This document shows positions 56,895-64,000 of a stretch of DNA of 64,000 nucleotides, in pieces. A program made the translations under genes and the position numbers. The number at the start of each line of letters is the position of its first letter. Within the stretch, counting starts at the first letter, position 1. Source of the DNA: an uncultured Candidatus Saccharibacteria bacterium (lineage in GTDB: Bacteria; Patescibacteriota; WWE3; UBA101185; UBA10185). The notes under the pieces are model-generated. The model made no database searches, had not been told where the DNA came from, and saw only the letters and a list, made by a program, of their open reading frames with translations. The stretch is taken from NCBI GenBank assembly GCA_964567095.1, contig CAZMKN010000001.1, positions 11,675 to 75,674 on the forward strand, in the 5' to 3' direction.

Positions 56895-58979
56895 ATGGCA
56901 AAAACAGAAAATACGAAATATCCTTTAGAGAGGATTAGAAATATAGGAATAATAGCTCATATTGACGCCGGTAAAACGACTACGACAGAGCGCATCCTGT
57001 ACTATACAGGGAAGTCCCATAAAATAGGGGAAGTTCATGAGGGCGCCGCTCAAATGGATTGGATGGAGCAGGAAAAGGAACGTGGAATTACAATACAGTC
57101 AGCTGCTACTACTTGCTTTTGGAAAGACCACAGAATTAATTTAATAGATACTCCCGGACATGTGGATTTTACCGCTGAGGTAGAGAGATCCCTTCGCGTT
57201 TTAGATGGTGGCGTAGTTTTATTTGATGGGGCTGCCGGGGTTGAGCCTCAGAGTGAAACAGTGTGGCATCAGGCGGAAAAATATCATGTACCTCTGCTTT
57301 GTTTTGTAAATAAACTTGACAAGATGGGCGGGGACTTTTTAATGTCTTTGGATTCTATAAGAGATAGACTTTCTCCAAATGCATATCCTGTGCAGTTACC
57401 AATCGGCATAGAGGGGGACTTTAAATCTGTAATAGATTTAATTGAACGCAAGGTTTATACGTTTACTGGAAAGTTGGGTTCTGAGGTAAACGAAGCCGAT
57501 ATTCCGGAGGATATGAAGGATTTAGTAGAGAAATATCGCGCGGAATTGGTGGAGAAAGTGGCGGAATCAAATGATTCCTTGATAGAAAAATTTCTGAACG
57601 GCACAGAGTTAACTATCGAAGAAATAAAATCCGGTGTGAGAAAAATGACGATAAGCGCACAACTGTATCCTGTTTTTGCCGGTGCCTCCCTACCCAATAT
57701 TGGTGTCCAAAAGCTTTTGGATGGAGTTGTGGATTATTTGCCTTCACCTAAGGATGTTGGGGAGATAACGGCTTACAGGCAAGATACTGGAGAGAAAACT
57801 ATGTTAAGTCCGGAAGAAGATGGGCCTTTTGTTGCGTTGGCTTTTAAATTGCAGACCGATCCCTATGTTGGACGCCTCACTTACTTTAGGGTTTACTCAG
57901 GTTCCGCGAATGCCGGTTCATATATTCTCAACTCTACTCAAGACAAGAAGGAAAGACTGGGTCGCGTTATTTTGATGCATTCCAATAAGCGAGAAGAGAT
58001 TCAACAGATACATGCTGGGGAAATTGGTGCAGCTATCGGATTGGAAGTGAAAACAGGGGACACACTCTGTTCAGAGGAAAAACCTCTTATTTTAGAGTCC
58101 ATCACTTTTGCAGAGCCGGTCATCGGGCTTGTTGTAGAACCCAAAACGAAAGATGATAGTGGTAGGTTGGGTAAGGCGCTAAAAAAGCTTTTGGAAGAAG
58201 ATCCGACACTGAAGATAAAATCAAACCAAGAGACGGGACAGACTGTTTTGTATGGTATGGGAGAGCTTCATTTGGAAATTATTGTTGATCGTTTGAAGAG
58301 GGAATTTAATGTTGAGGTTACAACCGGCACCCCCCAAGTAGCCTATAGGGAAAGTATCAAGAAGAAGGTAGAACAGGAAAGTAAATATATCCATCAATCA
58401 GGAGGGCGCGGGCAGTACGGACATGTTGTTATAGAGGCGGAGCCTTTGAGTCCCGGTGAGGGCTTTATCTTTGAGGACAAAATACGGGGCGGGGCAATTC
58501 CTAAGGAGTATGTCCCGGGTGTAGAGAAGGGGGTTAGAGAAGCTCTTGAGAGCGGTGTGGTGGCAGGATATCCGGTTGTGGATGTAAAGGTGAGTTTAGT
58601 TGATGGATCCTACCATGAGGTTGATTCCTCGGAGCTTGCCTTTAAAATAGCTGCGTCCGATGCTTTTAGACAGGCGCAAAAGAAAGCAGCGCCTTATTTG
58701 AAGGAGCCTATTATGAAAGTGGAAGTTATCACCACCGATGATTTTATGGGAGACGTTATCGGTAATCTTTCCGGTAAACGGGGAAAAATTTCTGGTACAA
58801 AAAAGAGGGGGCAAGCCACTGTGATATCTGCAGAAGTTCCGTTGGCGGAAATGTTTGGGTATGCTACAGTACTAAGAGGTATGACACAGGGGAGAGCAAG
58901 CTTCATGATGGAGCCCATCCATTATGCAGAGGTACCGGCTAATTTAGTTCAGGAAATGTCCCCAGGAGATACCAAATAA
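56895..58979 (+). CDS. fusA: Elongation factor G
   Basis: [21 protein letters not shown] and GMGELHL motifs. Confidence 0.98.
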   Translation: MAKTENTKYPLERIRNIGIIAHIDAGKTTTTERILYYTGKSHKIGEVHEGAAQMDWMEQEKERGITIQSAATTCFWKDHRINLIDTPGHVDFTAEVERSLRVLDGGVVLFDGAAGVEPQSETVWHQAEKYHVPLLCFVNKLDKMGGDFLMSLDSIRDRLSPNAYPVQLPIGIEGDFKSVIDLIERKVYTFTGKLGSEVNEADIPEDMKDLVEKYRAELVEKVAESNDSLIEKFLNGTELTIEEIKSGVRKMTISAQLYPVFAGASLPNIGVQKLLDGVVDYLPSPKDVGEITAYRQDTGEKTMLSPEEDGPFVALAFKLQTDPYVGRLTYFRVYSGSANAGSYILNSTQDKKERLGRVILMHSNKREEIQQIHAGEIGAAIGLEVKTGDTLCSEEKPLILESITFAEPVIGLVVEPKTKDDSGRLGKALKKLLEEDPTLKIKSNQETGQTVLYGMGELHLEIIVDRLKREFNVEVTTGTPQVAYRESIKKKVEQESKYIHQSGGRGQYGHVVIEAEPLSPGEGFIFEDKIRGGAIPKEYVPGVEKGVREALESGVVAGYPVVDVKVSLVDGSYHEVDSSELAFKIAASDAFRQAQKKAAPYLKEPIMKVEVITTDDFMGDVIGNLSGKRGKISGTKKRGQATVISAEVPLAEMFGYATVLRGMTQGRASFMMEPIHYAEVPANLVQEMSPGDTK

Positions 58980-59054
58980 TATAAAGTTTCGCTCTTTTTG
59001 TGGTATTATCAAAAACATTAAAGATTAATTAGTAATTTATTTAGAAAGGTAATT

Positions 59055-60245
59055 ATGCCAGAACAATTTGAAAGAACTAAACCGCACGTGAATGTGGGGA
59101 CAATCGGTCATGTAGACCATGGTAAAACGACTTTGACAGCTGCTATAACTCATGTTTTAGCTAAGAAGTATCCTTCTGATCTTAACAAAGCTCTAAACTA
59201 TGAAGATATTGAGAGCTCAGAGGAGGAAAGAAAGCGCGGTATTACAGTAAATATTTCTCACGTTGAGTATGAGACAGAGAAGCGCCATTACGCTCATATT
59301 GATGCTCCTGGACATGCTGACTATATTAAGAACATGATCACAGGTGCAGCCCAGATGGATGGTGCAATTTTAGTGGTTGCGGCTTCAGACGGACCAATGC
59401 CACAAACCAGAGAACATATATTACTTGCCAAGCAAGTAAACGTTCCCGCTATGATCGTTTTCCTGAATAAGTGCGATATGGTAGACGATCCGGAGATTTT
59501 GGATTTGGTTGAGATGGAAGTACGTGAGCTCTTGAATAAGTATAAATTTGACGGCGATAATATCCCTATCATTAGAGGTTCTGCCACCAAGGCTTTGGCG
59601 GGTGACGCCGAAGCTATTACTGCAATTGAAGAGCTGATAGATGCTGTTGATGAGCACATTCCTACACCTGAAAGAGATCTCGACAAGCCTTTCTTAATGC
59701 CTGTTGAAGATGTCTTCTCTATTTCAGGCAGGGGTACGGTTGCGACAGGAAGAGTAGAACGTGGGAAGATTGCTATAAACGAAGAGGTTGAAATAGTAGG
59801 TATTAAGGATACTTCTAAGACCGTTGTTACAGGAATAGAGATGTTCAAGAAGCAAATGAAAGAAGCTCAGGCCGGAGATAATGTAGGAATATTACTCAGG
59901 GGGGTGGATAGAGACGGTGTAGAAAGAGGCCAGGTTTTAGTAAAGACTGGAACCGTAACTCCTCATACAGAGTTTGAAGCTGAAGTCTATATTCTATCGA
60001 AAGAAGAGGGTGGAAGGCACAAGCCTTTTTTCACAGGTTATAAGCCACAGTTCTATTTGAGGACAACTGACGTTACAGGAGAGATTTCTCTTTCTGAGGG
60101 TGTAGAAATGGTTATGCCGGGTGATAACGTTGCCATTAATGTTAAATTGATAACACCAGTTGCACTAGAGGATGGTTTGCGTTTCGCTATTCGCGAGGGT
60201 GGCCACACTGTTGGTGCCGGAGTTGTTACTAAAGTGAATAAGTAA
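59055..60245 (+). CDS. tuf: Elongation factor Tu
   Basis: [21 protein letters not shown] and FAIREGG motifs. Confidence 0.98.
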   Translation: MPEQFERTKPHVNVGTIGHVDHGKTTLTAAITHVLAKKYPSDLNKALNYEDIESSEEERKRGITVNISHVEYETEKRHYAHIDAPGHADYIKNMITGAAQMDGAILVVAASDGPMPQTREHILLAKQVNVPAMIVFLNKCDMVDDPEILDLVEMEVRELLNKYKFDGDNIPIIRGSATKALAGDAEAITAIEELIDAVDEHIPTPERDLDKPFLMPVEDVFSISGRGTVATGRVERGKIAINEEVEIVGIKDTSKTVVTGIEMFKKQMKEAQAGDNVGILLRGVDRDGVERGQVLVKTGTVTPHTEFEAEVYILSKEEGGRHKPFFTGYKPQFYLRTTDVTGEISLSEGVEMVMPGDNVAINVKLITPVALEDGLRFAIREGGHTVGAGVVTKVNK

Positions 60246-60256
60246 CTTTTGTTATG

Positions 60257-60276
60257 GAGGGGCCAAAGTGCCCCTC
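60257..60276 (+). terminator. Stem-loop between tuf and rpsJ (terminator or processing site)
   Basis: GAGGGGC-CAAAGT-GCCCCTC; no clear downstream T-tract on +. Confidence 0.45.
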
Positions 60277-60291
60277 TAAAAACTTTGTATT

Positions 60292-60612
60292 ATGGCCGAA
60301 AAAAAGAAGGAAGTTAGGATAAGAATAAAGCTCAAAGCCTATGATAGTAGGGTAATGGATGTGAGCTGCGACAAGATTGTTGAAACCGTTGTAAGGACAG
60401 GCGCTAAAGTAGTGGGCCCAGTGCCTTTACCAACCAGAAGGGAGCTATTTACTGTGATTAGAGGCCCTCATATAGATAAAAGATCTCGAGAGCAGTTTGA
60501 GCTGAGGACACACAAGCGACTTGTGGATGTATTAAATCCTACGAGTGCAACAATTGACGGGCTTTCCCATTTAAATTTACCCGCTGGTGTTGGAATTTCA
60601 TTGCAACTTTAA
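60292..60612 (+). CDS. rpsJ: 30S ribosomal protein uS10
   Basis: [16 protein letters not shown] and SREQFE.RTHKR motifs. Confidence 0.98.
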   Translation: MAEKKKEVRIRIKLKAYDSRVMDVSCDKIVETVVRTGAKVVGPVPLPTRRELFTVIRGPHIDKRSREQFELRTHKRLVDVLNPTSATIDGLSHLNLPAGVGISLQL

Positions 60613-60630
60613 GTTTCAAATACAAAAGTC

Positions 60631-60750
60631 TTGGAATTCGCTTCAAATATTGGTACAATAACCCCCGATGCAGTTTCTACTAACATAAGGTTTTAGCAAT
60701 CATGAAGGATAGGCGTTTTGCTTTTTGAGCCATCCGGCTCAATTTTTTTT
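60631..60750 (+). promoter_or_regulatory. Promoter and attenuator-like leader upstream of rplC
   Basis: TTGGAA-17-TACAAT (60631-60659); hairpin TTGAGCC-ATCC-GGCTCAA followed by T8 (60725-60750). Confidence 0.6.
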
Positions 60751-60764
60751 GCTAAAGATTAAAT

Positions 60765-61199
60765 ATGAAGACACTAAAAATAAAAGGAAAAAAAATAAAT
60801 ATGACCCAGGTTTTTGATGTTGAAGGTAACGTTGTGCCCGTAACCTTGGTTAATGCCTCCGATTTTGATTTCGGAACGGATATAAAAGATAAAAAACTCA
60901 GTGTTACCGGTATTTCTAAAGGTAAGGGTTTTACCGGTGTTATTAAAAGATGGCATTTTGCGAAGCAACATGTGACGCGCGGCTCTTCCAACAAAATTCG
61001 TACGGGCGGCGCTATTGGGGCCCAAACTCCTGGTAGAGTATTCAAGGGGAAGAAAATGGCAGGTAGAAAAGGCGGAAAAAGAATTACTGTTAAAGGTTTA
61101 AGAATAGTTGATTTAAAGCAAGCTGATAAGTTAATTTTGGTCTCCGGGGCTATCCCAGGTGCCAGAAATTCTCCAGTTATTTTAAACGTTGAGTTGTAA
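60765..61199 (+). CDS. rplC: 50S ribosomal protein uL3 (short, 144 aa)
   Basis: MTQVF...VPVT, SKGKGF.G.IKR, PGRVFKGKKMAG and V.GAIPG motifs. Confidence 0.93.
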   Translation: MKTLKIKGKKINMTQVFDVEGNVVPVTLVNASDFDFGTDIKDKKLSVTGISKGKGFTGVIKRWHFAKQHVTRGSSNKIRTGGAIGAQTPGRVFKGKKMAGRKGGKRITVKGLRIVDLKQADKLILVSGAIPGARNSPVILNVEL

Positions 61200-61202
61200 A
61201 CT

Positions 61203-61829
61203 ATGAAAGTCGATTTTTATACAAAAACAGGCACAAAAAAGGATCCAATAGAAGTTTCAAAAGATTTATTTGGTGTAGAGCCAAACGAGCCTTTGTTACT
61301 TCAATACATACATATATTTAAAACAAATCAAAGACAAGGTACTTCGAAAGTAAAGACTCGTAGCGAAGTTTCTGGGGGCGGGAAGAAGCCTTGGCAACAA
61401 AAAGGTACAGGAAGGGCTCGTCATGGCTCAATAAGAAGTCCTATTTGGAGACACGGAGGAGTTGCCCACGGCCCATTACCTAAAAAATGGCATTTAGATT
61501 TTCCAAAAAAGATGAGAATCTTAGCATTAAAATCTGCTTTGTCCAGTAAGCTTAAAGAGGAATCTTTGGCTGTAATGGAAGCTCCAAATCTTAAGACCCC
61601 GTCTTCCAAAGAAATGGCTAAGATTTTGGCAAAGTTAGATTTGCATGGTAAAGTTCTTCTTGTTCAAAAAGAGAACAATTTAGTCGTTAGAAAGAGTGTT
61701 TCCAATTTGGAGAATGTAAAATGTTCTATGGCAGAAAACTTAAACGCTTATGAGGTGCTTTTAGCGGATCGAATTATTTTAATAAAGGATGCTCTCGAGT
61801 TTCTAGAGGAGAAGTATGAGAATAAATAA
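61203..61829 (+). CDS. rplD: 50S ribosomal protein uL4
   Basis: KPWQQKGTGRARHGS motif. Confidence 0.97.
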   Translation: MKVDFYTKTGTKKDPIEVSKDLFGVEPNEPLLLQYIHIFKTNQRQGTSKVKTRSEVSGGGKKPWQQKGTGRARHGSIRSPIWRHGGVAHGPLPKKWHLDFPKKMRILALKSALSSKLKEESLAVMEAPNLKTPSSKEMAKILAKLDLHGKVLLVQKENNLVVRKSVSNLENVKCSMAENLNAYEVLLADRIILIKDALEFLEEKYENK

Positions 61830-62106
61830 GATTTTGATAAAACCGATAGTGACAGAAAAAACCACAGGCCTTTATAATAGTGAAGGCGTATATACTATGG
61901 GTGTGGCTATAAGCGCCTCGAAAAACCAAATAAAGCAAGCACTAAAGGATGCTTTTGATGTGGACGCATATAATATAAGGACCGCTACAATGCCGGGAAA
62001 GCGCAAAAGAGTGGGTAAAACATGGAGATTTAATACTACCAAAATGACAAAGAAAGCATTTTTTAAACTGAAGAAAGGTAAGTTAGATTTTTACGCAGGA
62101 GACTAA
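61816..62106 (+). CDS. rplW: 50S ribosomal protein uL23
   Basis: P.VTEK, ASK.QIK.A and KKA motifs; operon position. Confidence 0.93.
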   Translation: MRINKILIKPIVTEKTTGLYNSEGVYTMGVAISASKNQIKQALKDAFDVDAYNIRTATMPGKRKRVGKTWRFNTTKMTKKAFFKLKKGKLDFYAGD

Positions 62107-62107
62107 T

Positions 62108-62956
62108 ATGATTAAAGAATACAATCCTACTACGCCGGGTCAAAGAGGCCGTAGATCACTAAAAAAAGAGGTGGACGCTGTTCGAGCCCACAAAAGTCTG
62201 ACAAAACCTTTAAAAGGCCATGTCGGTCGTAGTAATGGAACTATCACGAGTCGCCACAGACAACGAGGCGCGAAGAAGCAATATCGGGAGATCGATTTTA
62301 AGAGAGATAAGTTTGATATACCTGCTAAAGTTGCCACGATAGAACATGACCCGAACAGGGGTGCTAATATAGCCCTTCTAAACTATGCTGATGGTGCAAA
62401 AAGGTATATTCTTGCTCCCGTGGGTCTTATGAAGGGCGCAGAGGTTATTTCGTCCGAAAGTTCCGATGCTACTGTGGGCAATAACTTAACTCTTGAAAAA
62501 ATTCCTTTAGGTGTGGAAATTCACAACGTAGAATTACATCCCGGAAAAGGTGGCCAAATTGTCCGTGGAGCAGGTACATCTGCTATACTGACCGCTAAGG
62601 AAGGGAAGTACGCCCACGTTAAATTGCCAAGTGGTGAGGTTAAGAAAATCCTGTTGAAATGTAGGGCGACAATTGGCAGTTTAAGCAATCCTGAAAAGCG
62701 GCTTGTGAATTTGGGCAAGGCGGGTAGGAAAAGGCACTTGGGGAGAAGGCCCAAAGTTAGGGGCGTGGCTCACGCAAGTCCTAGAGATCATCCCCATGGA
62801 GGCTCTTACAAGGATAACGGTATCGGTATGTCTTCTCCAAAGACGCCTTGGGGTAAAAAAACACGTGGAAAGAAAACTAGAAGTCGGCATCACACAGATA
62901 AGTATATAATTAGAGAGCGTCGTAGAGGCGGGAAGAAAAGAGGCAGAGCAAATTAA
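62108..62956 (+). CDS. rplB: 50S ribosomal protein uL2
   Basis: [22 protein letters not shown] and DHPHGG motifs. Confidence 0.97.
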   Translation: MIKEYNPTTPGQRGRRSLKKEVDAVRAHKSLTKPLKGHVGRSNGTITSRHRQRGAKKQYREIDFKRDKFDIPAKVATIEHDPNRGANIALLNYADGAKRYILAPVGLMKGAEVISSESSDATVGNNLTLEKIPLGVEIHNVELHPGKGGQIVRGAGTSAILTAKEGKYAHVKLPSGEVKKILLKCRATIGSLSNPEKRLVNLGKAGRKRHLGRRPKVRGVAHASPRDHPHGGSYKDNGIGMSSPKTPWGKKTRGKKTRSRHHTDKYIIRERRRGGKKRGRAN

Positions 62957-62958
62957 AT

Positions 62959-63243
62959 ATGCCAAGATCATTGAAGAAAGGTCCCTTTGTGGATGTGAAA
63001 TTATTGAAAAAAATTGCTAGGGCAAAGAGTGAAAAAAAGCCCGCGCCCATTAAGACATGGTCGAGAAGATCTACTGTTATCCCTGATATGATAGGCTTAA
63101 CCATAGCCGTTCATAATGGTAGGAAACACATAGAAGTTTATATTACCGAGTCTATGGTGGGACATAAGTTAGGTGAATTTGCTCCTACTAGGACTTTTAG
63201 AGGCCATTCTTCTAAGAAATTTGTTGATAAAGGGTGGAAGTAA
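62959..63243 (+). CDS. rpsS: 30S ribosomal protein uS19
   Basis: RSLKKGPF and [11 protein letters not shown] motifs. Confidence 0.98.
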   Translation: MPRSLKKGPFVDVKLLKKIARAKSEKKPAPIKTWSRRSTVIPDMIGLTIAVHNGRKHIEVYITESMVGHKLGEFAPTRTFRGHSSKKFVDKGWK

Positions 63244-63259
63244 GAAAGATTTTTATAAC

Positions 63260-63613
63260 ATGACTAACAAAGCAGAAGTATATGCAAAAAGTAAATATAT
63301 TAGAACGTCCACGAAAAAGGCTAAAGTCGCGGCTGATTTAATAAGGGGATTGGGTATAGAAGAAGCCAAAGTGTTGTTGGTATTCCATCAATCCAAGGCC
63401 GCGAGACTTTTGTTGGATGTTTTAAAATCCGCTGAAGCTAACGCAGTTAATAATTTAAAAATGAACGCCGCTAATTTGTACATAAAAGATGCCCAAGTAT
63501 CTCCCGGCCCTACATTGAAAAGAGCCCGAATCGTGGCAAGATCCCGAACGAACCCGATTCTAAAAAGAACTAGCCATTTGTTAATTGGTTTATCTGAGAG
63601 GAATTCAAAATAA
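63260..63613 (+). CDS. rplV: 50S ribosomal protein uL22
   Basis: ADLIRG, SAEANA, GPTLKR and KRTSH motifs; start trimmed to ATG 63260. Confidence 0.95.
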   Translation: MTNKAEVYAKSKYIRTSTKKAKVAADLIRGLGIEEAKVLLVFHQSKAARLLLDVLKSAEANAVNNLKMNAANLYIKDAQVSPGPTLKRARIVARSRTNPILKRTSHLLIGLSERNSK

Positions 63614-64000
63614 TGGGTCAGAAAATACACCCGTACGGTTTCAGAGTAGGTATATCAAAACCTTGGAGGTCGAATTGGTTTGCAGATAAAGAAAGTTATG
63701 GCGATCTTGTTTTGGAGGATCATAAGATTCGTGAATTACTTGAAGACCGTCTCTTTGCGGCAGGTCTTAAAGAAATAGAAATAAAGAGATCTGTCAACGA
63801 ACTGGACTTAGTGCTTAAGGTCTCTCGTCCTGGATTGGTGATTGGAAGAAAGGGTTCCGGAGTGCAGCAATTGGAGAAGGATCTGAAGGAAATAACGGAT
63901 TCTAAAGTGAAACTCACGGTGGAGGAAATAAAGACTCCCGAGATCGAGGCTCGTTTAGTTGCTCAATATATCGATCGTCAAATGAGACGCAGAATGTCGT
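63613..64000 (+). CDS. rpsC: 30S ribosomal protein uS3, 3'-truncated by the window edge
   Basis: MGQKIHPYGFRVG and KH motif RPGLVIGRKG. Confidence 0.96.
   Translation, partial: MGQKIHPYGFRVGISKPWRSNWFADKESYGDLVLEDHKIRELLEDRLFAAGLKEIEIKRSVNELDLVLKVSRPGLVIGRKGSGVQQLEKDLKEITDSKVKLTVEEIKTPEIEARLVAQYIDRQMRRRMS

Noticed and set aside
59321-59848. Long antisense ORF inside tuf, and similar shadow ORFs across the window
   Set aside because: They lie opposite well-supported genes and are explained by codon bias.

Overview
Core-genome segment of a reduced-genome bacterium. Gene content, leaderless promoters and divergent ribosomal/RNAP proteins suggest Patescibacteria/CPR, possibly WWE3- or Microgenomates-like (inference). 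Left arm: pnp, a Lon-type AAA+ ATPase with no protease domain, UDG, rnj, ftsK, a VirD4-like ATPase, an FtsA-like/baseplate-J-like/ruvX unit, miaB-miaA, RNase P RNA and mltG. Right arm: envelope glycosylation genes, lepB, rpoBC, the str operon and the start of the S10 cluster. The most unusual part is about 25.0-36.3 kb, downstream of a minus-strand tRNA-Pro(GGG). There, degenerate copies of the tRNA 3' end (TGGTCG(G/A) on +) separate very compact units. Four of these units start with a -10 box 11-12 nt after the repeat and carry either a leaderless gene or a candidate small RNA, which resembles an integron-like, tRNA-anchored cassette array. The largest unit is an AT-rich 7-9-gene operon: PEP-utilising phosphotransferase, polyprenol/dolichol-type kinase, reductase, DUF3419/BtaA-like enzyme, formyltransferase, OleC-like adenylating enzyme, UbiA prenyltransferase and an SRPBCC protein. 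It looks like an uncharacterised lipid or prenyl biosynthetic pathway. Also notable: an NpmA/KamB-like 16S rRNA methyltransferase, a natural RpsL K43T, a shortened uL3 behind an attenuator-like leader, and a five-hairpin element downstream of rnpB. All calls come from motif recognition by eye; no searches were run.
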